The position numbers and the translations under genes are program-made. Source: Adineta vaga (Eukaryota; Animalia; Rotifera). From it: DNA of 64,000 bases. The stretch is taken from NCBI GenBank assembly GCA_021613535.1, contig CP075495.1, forward strand, positions 992,001 to 1,056,000, given 5' to 3'. Below, piece by piece: positions 47,307-62,857 of this stretch; positions within the stretch are counted from its first letter, which is position 1; each line of letters starts with the position of its first letter. The notes below the pieces were generated by a model. It ran no database searches. It was not told the origin of the DNA and saw only the letters and a list, made by a program, of their open reading frames with translations.

Positions 47307-48090
47307 ATAGTTAAAAGTTCTGTCATATTCTTAAATCTATATACAAAGAAGAAACAACATTCAATCCATCTTTTTATATTATAAGTCCGATTTGATATAG
47401 TTATTGATGTAATTGACTCTTCGGATATCTTTCAGAAACAAAGAATAGGTAAAAAACTTACTGCTCAGTTATCGATAAACTTTAAAGGAATAAAAAATTA
47501 ATATGAGATACTGTTAGCGACTATTAGTCTTAAGTTTGTCATCACAAAATAAATGGAAATTATTGTCAAAACTGAGTTCAGCAAGTATCACTTATCCTTT
47601 AGTCCATATTTACCCAAAAACAATCACATGTGATAACTTTTCATCAAAATCTAGGTTAACATTTATCTGTTAGCGATTTCTTGAACAGTGAACAAAAATA
47701 TCAACATCAATTAAAAATATTTAATTTCATTAATAGAAACGTTATCGAAGAAAGAAATGTAGATATAACATTGTTAATTGTATCATGATACTATATAGTG
47801 TAGTGTAACGATAATTAAGTTCATGATTATTTGATGTATTCGTCTTATCTTAAAGAATAAGTAGTCAGAAAATATTCAAAACAGACTTGAAATCATTAGA
47901 TATACTATAGTTATAAACAAGGGAGAATAGTCGAGCGGTCAATTTTTTACCTATTCTTTGCTTCAGAAAGATATCCGAAGAGTTAGTTACAATAATTATA
48001 TCAAATCGGATTTATAATATAAAAAGATGGATTGAATGTTGTTTCTTCTTTGTATATAGATTTAAGAAAATGACAGAATCTTTTGACTAT
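47307..48090. mobile_element. Foldback/MITE-like element with ~160 bp terminal inverted repeats
   Basis: 47307-47466 is a near-perfect reverse complement of 47933-48090 (e.g. ttaaatctatatacaaagaagaaacaacattcaatccatctttttatattataa). Spacer is non-coding; no clear TSD. Confidence 0.75.
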
Positions 48091-48586
48091 CTTTTTAGAT
48101 ATAACAACTGGTATATCTCATTTAAAAAATGTTCTTATTATTTTTAATTATAATATAGAAAAAGAAAACATAAGTCGAATTCGATCCCAAATTACAGATA
48201 GTCAAACAAAGATTTTATTCCTGCAGAAAAACTTAATAGTGATTACAGAATTCATATAAGAATTATATCTTACATTAGAAAACATTTATCTTAGAATCAT
48301 TGAGCAAGTACGTTCTTAATTAAAATCTAAAAATAATTCTTCGATTACCTTAGTCGAACTTCTTTCTTCATCTACATGAGCTTTTTGAGAAAGAAAGTCG
48401 TGCGCTATAAACACATTTTGAGATATGTCTTGTGCACGTATATGAAAAGAACAAATTCGATTGAGATGTTTTTCTAATTAATATCATTACTTATTTATCA
48501 TAAAATATCGAATAATAATTGATGTCAATTAAACAAAATTTATATTTAATAAAGATACGAAACAACAAGAAAACTTTGTATATTCA

Positions 48587-49495
48587 CTATGGAATTGCTG
48601 GTATAATTGCCATTGTTCTTATATTAATTTTCTTAGTTAAAGACATTTTTAATGGTTCAGTAAATTGAAATAAAACAAGAATAACTGAAATAAATGATAT
48701 ATCAATAAATATATAAGATATTCTTAAATGATATTTTGGTATTGTTATTAAAAATGATAAGAAAATAAACATTGCATATGGAAAACAAAGTAGAAATAGA
48801 ATACTAACAAGAATAACAATTCTTCGAACCATTTTTAATTCTCTTTGAGCACGTATTAATGTATTTACTGATGTTATACGTTTACTCATCATTTTTACAT
48901 ATAAAATTAATTTAAAATAAATAAAAATAGTTAATAATACAGGTATTATATAGGCACCATGAGCCATATATATAATTGAAAAAGATAATTTTAAAGGTAA
49001 TTGACAAATTTGATTATCAATATTATAAAGAATTTCTCCTGTTAAAATAAAACTAATTGGATAAAGAAAACCAATTAACCATGTTAAACAAATAATAAGA
49101 ATTTGAAAACGAATTGATTGAAGAAATAAACAATTTGGATAAACAATAATTACATATCGATTCAATGCTTGTAATAAATATGAACTATTTTGAATTGAAC
49201 ATGTTACATATCCAAAATATCCTCGAAAATTACAAAATAAATCTTGATATTGTATTTGTTTATAATCATTAATTAATGTAAATGTTCGTGTATAGATTTG
49301 ATTAATACCAAATAGAATTGCAATAAAACATGAATTTGCAACTAATATCATTGGTATTGTATAACATTTTTTATTAAATAAAATTATAAGAAAAAAACAT
49401 CCAGATAATAAAGTTGCTATAATAAGACATATAAGAGTAAATATATCAATTGGAATAAACCATAATTCATTATTAATATTTCTTGTTTCATTCAT
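48587..49495 (-). CDS. Rhodopsin-like GPCR, divergent member of the four-gene cluster
   Basis: Seven TM segments; MILVANSC, FCNFRGY, LQALNRY, RELKMVRRI. Confidence 0.88.
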   Translation of the reverse strand: MNETRNINNELWFIPIDIFTLICLIIATLLSGCFFLIILFNKKCYTIPMILVANSCFIAILFGINQIYTRTFTLINDYKQIQYQDLFCNFRGYFGYVTCSIQNSSYLLQALNRYVIIVYPNCLFLQSIRFQILIICLTWLIGFLYPISFILTGEILYNIDNQICQLPLKLSFSIIYMAHGAYIIPVLLTIFIYFKLILYVKMMSKRITSVNTLIRAQRELKMVRRIVILVSILFLLCFPYAMFIFLSFLITIPKYHLRISYIFIDISFISVILVLFQFTEPLKMSLTKKINIRTMAIIPAIP

Positions 49496-50644
49496 TCTAA
49501 AATATAAAATATAAAATTAAATTTTTAAATATAATCTCATTTCTTTATTCTTCTATTATTATTCTTCTTACAAATGAATTCTATTCATTCAACTGGTATT
49601 TAAACTAATTTAAGAAGATATGTTTCTTTCGATTAACGAAATACGATATAATTATAAAAGGTAAATGGAAACTTATTAGAACTTGATAAGTAATTTAAAG
49701 AAAAATATTTCTATGAATATTAATAAAATATGAAAATGACATTGCAATGATTGAATAAAATAATCTATGAGATTAGAAAAAAAACAACGATGATAATTCA
49801 TAATGCATGTTGACTAAGAGAAAGAATGTATTTAGATGTGACATGTCTATTCGATTCTTTCTTTCTTTTTCTTCTTATATTGAAGATGAGAAAAAATATA
49901 ATACCTAAAAGAATGGAAAAATTTTCTCATAAAGAATGTTTATTGTATGTTATAAAATACGAATAGAATTTAATCTTATAATCATAATTAGATTTATAAG
50001 TTAAATTAATTAAAAGAAAAAATTTAATAAAATATCAATAACATAAGATGAGACATAAGATCAATATTAAAATTTAATTAAATAAGATGTATTATGGAAT
50101 AGAATATATTCTATGAGGATAAATCATGTTTCAATGTCATCTTTTATTCTTAAGGAAAAGAAAATTCTTTTCTCTTGTGTATATTTAACTTGATTGTTGT
50201 TTGGTCTTTTCTTTTTCTCATGTTATATATTTTAAGAAGAAAAAGTGACATGACTATGTCAATCAAATATGATTATATTTGTCATACAGTTTTTTCTATC
50301 AAATGTATATTTTCTATTTGAGAGATAAGAAGAAATTCGAAGTTCTCTAACCTCGATTCATCAGAATAGTAAATGAAGAGATGAGATAATTTATATATAT
50401 ATATGAATAAGCATTATCTTGCGGGTCAATGGGAAACGAAAACTTTGCAAGTAGAAGAAATACTCATATGAATAACAATCAAATAGGAATTTCCTGGACT
50501 AGAATGATTCTTTTTATATATTTATTCATAAATATATATGACGATCTTTCACATGACAATCATAAAAGATAAAGAAATAAGTAGAAAATACAACATATCA
50601 ATAAGAATTATTTCTTCATATATTTCTCCACAATGCTGCTCACG

Positions 50645-51550
50645 TTATATAGTTTGAACTACTTGTTGATTTATTCCTTTTATCAAAGATGCTTTCAATG
50701 GATCGGTAAATTTCAAGATAATTATCATTATCAATACCAATGAGACATTAATGAAAATATAAGCAATACGAAAATGATATTTCGGTGGTGAACCGAAATA
50801 TCCCATAAATATAAAGATTACATAGGGTAAACCCAGTGCAACCAAAACGAACACAAGTATCACAATTCGGTGAACCATTTTCAGTTCTCGTTGTGCACGA
50901 ACAAGAGTATTCACAGGTATGATGCGTGTGCCCATGTCTTTGACATATCGAAGTAATTTCATATATATCAAAATGATACCATTCATCGGTAATAGATAAA
51001 GCAAAATGAGATTGTAAATTGAAATGAAATTAAAATGAAGAGGCATTTGACAAATTTGATCATCTGGTAGATAAATAATTTCACCATTGAATAGATGAGG
51101 AAATGTACAAACAATACCACATATCCATGTTGAAATGACAAGACAAAGTTGAACTCGTTTTGTTTGCCAATATAATCGTGTTGGATAAACAGCAGTAACA
51201 TATCGATAGATAGCTTGAAGAAGATAAGAATAGTTTTGTGTAAAACATGTTATATAACTGATATATCCACGAAAAATACAAAACGAATCGGCATATTGAC
51301 TTTGTTTGAGATCGTTCTGTAATGTAAAAACCATTGCCCATAAGACGGCACCTGAAAATAAAAGTTCAGCTAGACAAGAGTTTGCCACTAACAACATTGG
51401 AATAGTATGACATGTTTTATTATAAATGATAATGATGAGAAAAAATGATGATAATAGAATGACCAAAGTAAGACAACTAATATTGAGAATATCAAATGGA
51501 ATAAACCATGATTCAATATTGGGCACTATTGAAGTGTTAGTATAGATCAT
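50645..51550 (-). CDS. Rhodopsin-like GPCR, cluster copy 2
   Basis: Seven TM segments; MLLVANSC, FCIFRGY, LQAIYRY. Near-identical to copies 3 and 4. Confidence 0.9.
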   Translation of the reverse strand: MIYTNTSIVPNIESWFIPFDILNISCLTLVILLSSFFLIIIIYNKTCHTIPMLLVANSCLAELLFSGAVLWAMVFTLQNDLKQSQYADSFCIFRGYISYITCFTQNYSYLLQAIYRYVTAVYPTRLYWQTKRVQLCLVISTWICGIVCTFPHLFNGEIIYLPDDQICQMPLHFNFISIYNLILLYLLPMNGIILIYMKLLRYVKDMGTRIIPVNTLVRAQRELKMVHRIVILVFVLVALGLPYVIFIFMGYFGSPPKYHFRIAYIFINVSLVLIMIIILKFTDPLKASLIKGINQQVVQTI

Positions 51551-53700
51551 TTTTAGATTTCAAAGTGAAATTAAAGATAAAAATCTTTATGGGGAAAATA
51601 TTCTGTTTAGTTTTTAACGGATAATTACCTGATAACAAGTATAAAAGAAATGGAATGATTTAAATGTACTGTTGTGGCATTTTCATTTCTTTATTTGCGT
51701 GATTTGTATAGAAGAAAAGATGTAATTATTATAGCTTTTTCTTTTTTTTCTTCTAATTCCTGCTAGAATAAGATTTGAATTTTAATCTGACTTTCATCTG
51801 ATATACTGTCATGTGTGTCACTAAAAAAAACAAATTATATGTCTAAATCTCAACGAGATTCTATTTTATTTGAAGATAATCGTAATATTCAGTGAACTTT
51901 TCTCAAGGAGAAAGAAAGTTCAATTGAATCTTGGATCTATAGATACCATTTAATTCTTTTGGATTATATAGGTCGGCACTAAACTTCCTCTTTGTTTCTT
52001 TCTTCTCCATTGTTAATAACACTTTAGATTTTGATAGTATGAATTTATACCTCATCTTGATAAATTTTTAAAATAATCTTTATCAATGAGCGCCATGAAC
52101 AAATTAGTTTTCTCTTCGAGTTATAGCAATGAATGGGAATACCATTATTTCATAGGATGTGTAATTATGTATGATTACATCGACGAGATATTTTTATTAA
52201 TTAAAAATTTTTGATATCAACAACTATATAGATGATTTCTTGCTACATAGATATATTGAAATTTGTTTTCAGCCAATATTATTTCCTTCCATAACAGAGT
52301 AAAAATGAGACTAGATTTTATATAAGGATGTGCGTAAAGGTTTTGAATATAAACAAAATAAATTCACAATCTCATCCTACATATTACTTTTTATCTTTCG
52401 GAGAATATATCCTATTCCGCGCAGATTTGGAATCGAGTTGGTGCCGAACTGACCGGTTTTCTTTCAGTATAAAAGTTTTTTTAGAGCATTGAAACTTGCC
52501 TATTTTTCTCATTTTGAACGGCTTTCATAATTTCAATCATCAAGTGATATTATGACCCTGGAAGTTTCCAGCTGATAAATTTTCATTCACCGTCGAAATT
52601 CGAGCTCTATATATCCACCAATACTTTCCTATTCTAGGATGAGATGTTCGAAATTAGTTTTACTCAAGAATATAGATTTGTCTTCTCCAAATTTTGACCT
52701 CACTTTTCTCCACGGATTTTAGACAGTTCTCACAGAATAATAATAGCTCGTGGTTTTAAGGCTATACTTTCGTAGCAAAACGTCAGAGATATGATTATCT
52801 TTGTTGCAGAGAGCATGTTGACAACGAACATCATGTAACTGTGAGAATATTTATATTAGAAAATCTAATATAAAAACGATACATTTTAGATCACTTTTAT
52901 CCTTGTGTTTGTATAGTACCATAGTTTTTGTGGATTACAATGCTTTTCAGCTCAATTAAATAATTATTTCAAAGGAAAATAGAACAAACTCATCAATTGT
53001 AAAGAAATTACATTCCCAATAAACAGAACCTTAACCAAAATATAGTTAGATGCCGATCAATATTAACTTCTGTAAGTTCTCAGTCAAAAACATTTTGATA
53101 GAAATCTCTCTTCGTTCTTAATGTTAGCGCATCAGATGTGACGCACTAAAATGAAAGCTATTACTTTTTAGAAACCTCAAAATCTATGAGTTTGACATCG
53201 AACATTTTCGTTGAGCTGACGTAATAGACTATGTTTCGAAAATATGGATTGCTTAATTAGTGCGCGAAATGCATCGATTTTTGCCAATAAAGCAAAACAT
53301 TTATAAACCGGCCGATTTCAAGTCTAATTCCGCGATGTTGAACATTATGAAATCAGTTCCTATCGGTCCGCAGAATTCTTTCACTACCATACATTTAGAA
53401 GTTGAAGTTCTGTTCAATTGAATTCAAGTTTCGAGTTTAACACTAAAGGAAAGAGATGAAACTTTTGAGTAAAGGAGAAACGCGCAATCACATCATGCAG
53501 TTAAGATTTCCTTAAGAAATACTATCTAGTTTCACTAGTCTAAATATGGAGTATCAATTTTATTTGTTTCACATATTTATTGATGAAAATATTTGATAAT
53601 CATTCAAATGACAATCATAAGGAGATATATAAATTGAAAGCAGATATATTAATCAACAAAATACTCAACATAAATGGGAGTTTTTCTATGCATCTCTTCA

Positions 53701-54618
53701 TCATACCGCTCGTGTAATAGTTTGAACTACTTGTTGCCTTAGTCCTTTTATCAGAGATGCTTTCAATGGATCGGTAAATTTCAAGATAATTATCATTATC
53801 AATACCAATGAGACATTAATGAAAATATAAGCAATACGAAAATGATATTTCGGTGGTGAACCGAAATATCCCATAAATATAAAGATTACATAGGGTAAAC
53901 CAAGTGCAACTAAAACGAACACAAGTATCACAATTCGATACACCATTTTCAGTTCTCGTTGTGCACGAATAAGAGTATTCGCAGGTGTGACATGTGTACT
54001 CATTTCTTTGACATATCGAACTAATTTCATATATATCAAAATGATACTATTCATCGGTAATAGATAAAGCAAAATGAGATTGTAAATTGAAATGTAAGAG
54101 AAATGAAGAGGCATTTGACAAATTTGATCATCTGGTAGATAAATAATTTCACCATTGAATAGATGAGGAAATGTACAAACAATACCACATATCCATGTTG
54201 AAATGACAAGACAAAGTTGAACTCGTTTTGTTTGCCAATATAATCGTGTTGGATAAACAGCAGTAACATATCGATAGATAGCTTGAAGAAGATAAGAATA
54301 GTTTTGTGTAAAACATGTTATATAACTGATATATCCACGAAAAATACAAAACGAATCGGCATATTGACTTTGTTTGAGATCGTTCTGTAATGTAAAAACC
54401 ATTGCCCATAAGATGGCAACTGCAAATAAAAGTTCAGCTAGACAAGAGTTTGCCACTAACAACATTGGAATAGTATGACATGTTTTATTATAAACGATAA
54501 TGATGAGAAAAAATGATGATAATAGAATGACCAAAGTAAGACAACTAATATTGAGAATATCAAATGGAATAAACCATGATTCAATATTGGGCACTATTGA
54601 AGTGTTAGTATAGATCAT
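53701..54618 (-). CDS. Rhodopsin-like GPCR, cluster copy 3
   Basis: Same motifs as copy 2; shares its N-terminus and upstream DNA with copy 2. Confidence 0.9.
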   Translation of the reverse strand: MIYTNTSIVPNIESWFIPFDILNISCLTLVILLSSFFLIIIVYNKTCHTIPMLLVANSCLAELLFAVAILWAMVFTLQNDLKQSQYADSFCIFRGYISYITCFTQNYSYLLQAIYRYVTAVYPTRLYWQTKRVQLCLVISTWICGIVCTFPHLFNGEIIYLPDDQICQMPLHFSYISIYNLILLYLLPMNSIILIYMKLVRYVKEMSTHVTPANTLIRAQRELKMVYRIVILVFVLVALGLPYVIFIFMGYFGSPPKYHFRIAYIFINVSLVLIMIIILKFTDPLKASLIKGLRQQVVQTITRAV

Positions 54619-56481
54619 TTTTAGATTTCAAAGTGAAATTAAAGATAAAAATCTTTATGGGGAAAATATTCTGTTTAGTTTTTAACGGATAATTACCTGA
54701 TAACAAGTATAAAAGAAATGGAATGATTTAAATGTACTGTTGTGGCATTTTCATTTCTTTATTTGCGTGATTTGTATAGAAGAAAAGATGTAATTAGTAT
54801 AGCTTTTTCTTTTTTTTCTTCTAATTTCTGCTAGAATAATTATTTAATTAAAAGTCTGAGTAGAAATAGACTGAAATATTAATCTGACTTTTACCTGACA
54901 TAATATCATGCTTGTTGCTCCAAAGAAAACTAATTAAATTTTGAAATTTCAAAGAGTGTCTAACTCACTTAAAATCAGTCTAAATGTTTCAGGAACTTTC
55001 CTTGATGAGAAAGACATAATCGAAACGTTGGAAAGAAATTGAAAACTAATCGAGAAAAGTAATAAGTATTTATGTCTCGATACAGAATCAATAACGACGA
55101 TTCAAACGCAAAGTATTAGAATTAATATGAAGCTTATAATCCGCACTATAAATATTACTGTCTAAGATGTATGCGCATGTACTGAAAAGGATGGAGTCTA
55201 TTTTTGTACTTACTGTTTGACGGGGAAATGAAGGATAATATAATAGTACGATTTAATTATTAAATATAGAACTGCTACAAGAAATATATTAGATTTTGAA
55301 TAAAAAGTCACAGATTTTATTCGAAGGTTCGAGAAGAAATTTTTAGTGTCATGAAAAACAAATAGAAAGCAATGAAATTACCCTCTATGTATATAGGTCA
55401 AAAACACATTCTCGTAAACGACTGTTTTTAAAGATTTACAGTCATAAATATATAGATATCCCTACTATTTGTTGAACTTTCATGTTAGACTACTTTTGAA
55501 TTAGATATTTACATGTGTCTTCAATTCTGATGCTATTCCTTTACTCATTGTATAGTGTAATTTTAATGCAATTCATGCATGTATGTTCTATAATGTGTCT
55601 ATCGTTTTAACAAAATAATTATGATGGACTAAGTGCTACAGATATGCCATTCAGAAGGTTCACTTTACACGTTCGAAGTATGTAGTATACCATATAGAGT
55701 CGATAACCTTCGGATAAGAGAAATCGAAACACAATCAGACAAAATATCAGAGCACATTTTAAGACTATCTATACAATTAAGTTTCAACATGTCAACGTTT
55801 CCTTTATAGTTTTATCTCGGTAAAGATTTTTTTTCTTTTCTTGTAGTTCATTTGGACATCAAAACAATCATGTTCAATAAATAAAAATGGTATGTCGATG
55901 AATATAACGATTGAATTACCTTGATGGTTAATAGAAACAAGTACATTTATTTATAGCTCCTTTCCGTCTCCGTTATGGCACGAGACAATCAAAGAGATAA
56001 CGAATTTGTACTGAGTTTATTTACCAATTCAAAGAAACATATTATCTTGTGAGTTAATCACATGTTTCTTTTTAACACCCTCACTTACACCCTTTTCTTT
56101 GAGGGAGCAAGTTCCGGAATTATTCTATAATCTGAAATCTTCTACTTATGGTTGGATAAAATAGAGTATTTTATCTAATCAAACATATCACAGTTAGTTT
56201 AATCCTGTTCAAAGAATTTGTCTACAAGAAATTAAAAGTATTCAATATATTTTCTTTATTTGTCACTAATAATGAAACGATATCAACATATATTTGTCCT
56301 TCAAATTCATTTCCACTATATTCTTAAATATTTTAACTTCATATACCTAGTTAACTGACTAACTATATACGTACAAGTAATAATACACACGGATATTAAA
56401 TTCAATCTTTGCTCAGCCTCATCATTATTGTAGATATTACAATGACGTCTTTTATTTGGAAATAAGAATTCTGAAAACTTT

Positions 56482-57417
56482 TCAAAATGGATATGTTACT
56501 GGTACTACAGCCGTATTGAATCGTCGCTGTCCTCGTTTAAATCGGTTTATGATCAATGTTTTCAATGGATCGGTAAATTTCAAGATAATTATCATTATCA
56601 ATACCAATGAGACATTAACGAAAATATAAGCAATACGAAAATGATATTTCGGTGGTGAACCGAAATATCCCATAAATATAAAGATTGTATAGGGTAAACC
56701 AAGTGCAACTAAGACAGACACTAGTATCACGATTCGATGCACCATTTTCAGTTCTCGTTGTGCACGAACAAGAGTATTCACAGGTATGATGCGTGTGCCC
56801 ATGTCTTTGACATATCGAAGTAATTTCATATATATCAAAATGATACCATTCATCGGTAATAGATAAAGCGCAATGACATTGTAAACTGAGATGTAAGAGA
56901 AATGAAGAGGCATTTGACAAATTTGATCATCTGGTAGATAAATGATTTCACCATTGAATAGATGAGGAAATGTACAAACAATACCACATATCCATGTTGA
57001 AATGACAAGACAAAGTTGAACTCGTTTTGTTTGCCAATATAATCGTGTTGGATAAACAGCAGTAACATATCGATAGATAGCTTGAAGAAGATAAGAATAG
57101 TTTTGTGTAAAACATGTTATATAACTGATATATCCTCGAAAAATGCAAAACGAATCGGCATATTGACTTTGTTTGAGATCATTTTGTAATGTAAAAACCA
57201 TTGCCCATAAGACGGCACCTGAAAATAAAAGTTCAGCTAGACAAGAGTTTGCCACTAACAACATTGGAATAGTATGACATGTTTTATTATAAATGATAAT
57301 GATGAGAAAAAATGATGATAATAGAATGACCAAAGTAAGACAACTAATATTGAGAATATCAAATGGAATAAACCATAATTCTAAGTGGATAATGGTTAAG
57401 TTATTTTCACTTGTCAT
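56482..57417 (-). CDS. Rhodopsin-like GPCR, cluster copy 4
   Basis: Same motifs as copy 2; distinct N- and C-termini. Confidence 0.9.
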   Translation of the reverse strand: MTSENNLTIIHLELWFIPFDILNISCLTLVILLSSFFLIIIIYNKTCHTIPMLLVANSCLAELLFSGAVLWAMVFTLQNDLKQSQYADSFCIFRGYISYITCFTQNYSYLLQAIYRYVTAVYPTRLYWQTKRVQLCLVISTWICGIVCTFPHLFNGEIIYLPDDQICQMPLHFSYISVYNVIALYLLPMNGIILIYMKLLRYVKDMGTRIIPVNTLVRAQRELKMVHRIVILVSVLVALGLPYTIFIFMGYFGSPPKYHFRIAYIFVNVSLVLIMIIILKFTDPLKTLIINRFKRGQRRFNTAVVPVTYPF

Positions 57418-58082
57418 TTTGATGAAATCAAAGAGAATAGTGATAGAATGAGTTCATTCTTAAACATATATATCTATTCTCATGAACAGAAGACATTTCT
57501 TTCTATTATTAACATCCTGTTTAGTCTAGAAGTGTAATTAAGCTCTAGTTTTCCTATTTTCCGTCATTACGTTGAAGACTGAAAAAAATAAGCTGTGTTA
57601 ATAAGTATTAATGCGAAAAAAGAACGTAAAATGTTTTTTTTTAATTTACTTACAGAAAATCATTCTAGATTGAAACAATTCTTATAATAGAATAAAAAAT
57701 GTAGAATTATAAATGATCATTTAATGATTAATACATTTCTTAAAAAGAATTAATCAAAATCTTTTTGAAAAGTTTCTATAGAAATAGTTTAGAATTAATA
57801 TAAATATTTCTACTTATTTCACATAGAGATAATTTTCTTTGCACTTTAAGATTATAGACATATCACATGGGTATACGTAATGAAGAACGAACGATCTTTC
57901 TAGTTTTTTTTACACCCACACCCTATTGAAATCAATTTTTAAGTTTCAAATGAATCTATCTTTTACTATTGAAGAGAAAATTCAATAAAGAATCAATTCA
58001 TTGTAAATTTTATTCTCTATCAAAAGCAAATACATATACAAAGACAAAAACAACAGAAGTTTTGTTTTCCAAGTCAATTTAT

Positions 58083-60405
<2,323 letters not shown>

Positions 60406-61472
60406 GGGAATCGTCTTTGATGAATTATTCTTGAATGTAACATATGGAAGTCATTTGTAGTATTTCCACACAGTTATCAATTGAAGCAATTATGATGAAG
60501 AGAACGAGAGAGAGAGAGAGAGAAGAGAAAAGAAAGAAAGAAAATCGATCGCTTTTTCTTTCTCGTTTATAAAACGTTCGTTTTTTTTTCTCTTCTAAAG
60601 TATATAATTTATCGATATATTTTTCTTTGTTTGATCAACGATATACTTGAATTCTCAATAACTATGTCATTGTTAATCGTTTGTCGGCAAATACTAATGA
60701 TGTTGATTATAATATCAACATGAGTGAATCGTCTTGGAACAAGAAGAATATTTTCTTTTACATATCGATAGTTCTAGTGTAATAATTAAGTTGCTTTCAG
60801 TTAATTCAATTGATTATCAAACCAATCGATCTATAGAAAATAAATTCATCTGGATTTTCACCTATAATCTTATTACATATGTCAGATTATTTATCGAAGA
60901 AAAGAAAGAATTATTGATGACGAATGTATATACGATCGAAATTAATTAATCGATCGTGTATTTAAGAAAAGTTTTTCTTCATGTCGCTTGTCATCTCTCA
61001 AGAGAAACAAACATCGAAATGAATATCAATTAAAGAATAAAAAAAAAAGAAAGAAGAATTGAACTTCGAAGAGAATTTCTACAGAGAAATCATTCTTATA
61101 TTAACTATACTATAATATATTTTCAAATAATCAATCAACTAGTGACATCTATATAAAAAAATCTTTGTTATTTTTTCAAAGAATTAATTCATTATAGAAA
61201 ATAAATAATTCTTTTTAAATTTCTAAATTTTCTTTGAGAAAAAAAAATCAAAGGTCAAAAATGAAAGTTTGATTAGTATTGATAAAATATCAAATGAATG
61301 AAGGCCAATACTTTCCATTGGATCGGTCATATTGTTCTTTTCCTCTTTCTTTCATATTTCATCACAAGTAATGTATGACCTTATAAAATAAAAAAGAAGA
61401 AGAAAAAGAAGATAAATCTTCCATTGTTCAAATACAAAAACTAAATTATCATTTTAGAATCGTTTTTCGACT

Positions 61473-62390
61473 ATGGATATCGGCGCTGATAAGTTGCGTC
61501 GTGAAATTCAGAACATTCTTAAAGATGCTGATTTAAATACTTTATCATCAAAAAAAGTTCGACAAATGCTTGAAGCATTATTTAAATGTGATTTTACTGA
61601 ACGAAAGAAAGAAATTGATGATATTCTTATGGCAGAAATCACGACACGTGATACAAATCAAACCAATAATGATGAAGAAGATGAACAAGTTGAAACATCA
61701 GATGATGAAAAACCTGCACCATCAAATATGAAAAAATCGAAAAAACAACAACGACGAACGAATCATAATATTCAACAGATAGCGAAATCCGATGAAGAAT
61801 TAGCAATGGAAATTCATCAACAAGAAAATCGACCTAGTCTAAGACATTCAAGACCAGTTGTAAATTATAATTTTGATTTATTATCATTTTAATAAATAAT
61901 TTCAATATTCTAGAAAACAACAAGTTCAATATCCAATAAAAAATCTTCATCAGTGAAATCTGAACGACGAAAAACTTCGTATAATAAAGAATTAGATTTA
62001 AGTGATCAATTAGCTAATGTAGTTGGTGGAAATCAAGTAATAATAGAATTTTAAATTTTATTTCAATACTTAGTTTTTCATTTTCAAGATGCCACGTTCA
62101 GAAGTTGTTAAACGTATGTGGGCTTATTTTAAAGAACATAATTTATTGGTAAATTCTTTCTTTAAATTTATTTTCAATCGATTCTCTTCTTTTTTCTTCT
62201 TCTTAGGATCCACATAATAAACAATTTGTAAATTGTGATGAAACACTTGCGAAATTATTTGGTAAAATTTCAATTATTAAAATTCATTCTTCATTTCTAT
62301 TCATTAATTATTTTAGGTCGAAAACGTATTCGTGCATTTGGTATGCTCAAAGATTTAACAAAACATATGAGTGATCCGGATAAACAATAA
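61473..62390 (+). CDS. DEK_C plus SWIB/MDM2 domain chromatin protein (UAF30/Spp27-like), multi-exon
   Basis: LRREIQNILKDADLNTLSSKKVRQMLE...KKEID (DEK_C), SDEELA, and LSDQLA.VVG..|MPRSEVVKRMWAYFKEHNL|DP.NK...CDE.L (SWIB). Stop at 62388-62390. Confidence 0.88.
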
Positions 62391-62857
62391 AGACTTGTTT
62401 TCTTTTCTTCTTGTTGCTGTGATAGAGTTGATATCTTTTTAATATAAAAAGATCAAATTCAGTTCTTCCGAGATCACTCTACATATGAATATACATATAT
62501 ATATATATACACAACCTTTTTTTTCTTTGTTGTTGTTGTTATTGTTTGTTTTGTTTTTCTTTTCTTTCTTTTTTTTTGGTGCCACCAAAAACATTATGTC
62601 TCGTTTGTTTTGTAGAACTGCTTTCATTGTAGCGTGTTTGTATATAGATATATATACATTAACTTTTGTTCATTTATTCTATTCAGTTTCTTGTTTGTAG
62701 ATGAGAAAACAAAGAAATTTTCTATGAAGAAGAAAAAAAAAGATGAATGTTTTGTTTTTTAAATGAAAAACTATTGATTAAGATCATTAAACATATATTT
62801 ATAACAATCACTATTTCTAATTAAAGAATTTATTTTAACAATATTTTATTGATAATT

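Noticed and set aside
52300-53450. GC-richer spacer between GPCR copies 2 and 3, possibly transposon-derived
   Set aside because: No TIR pair, TSD or transposase frame that I could verify by eye.
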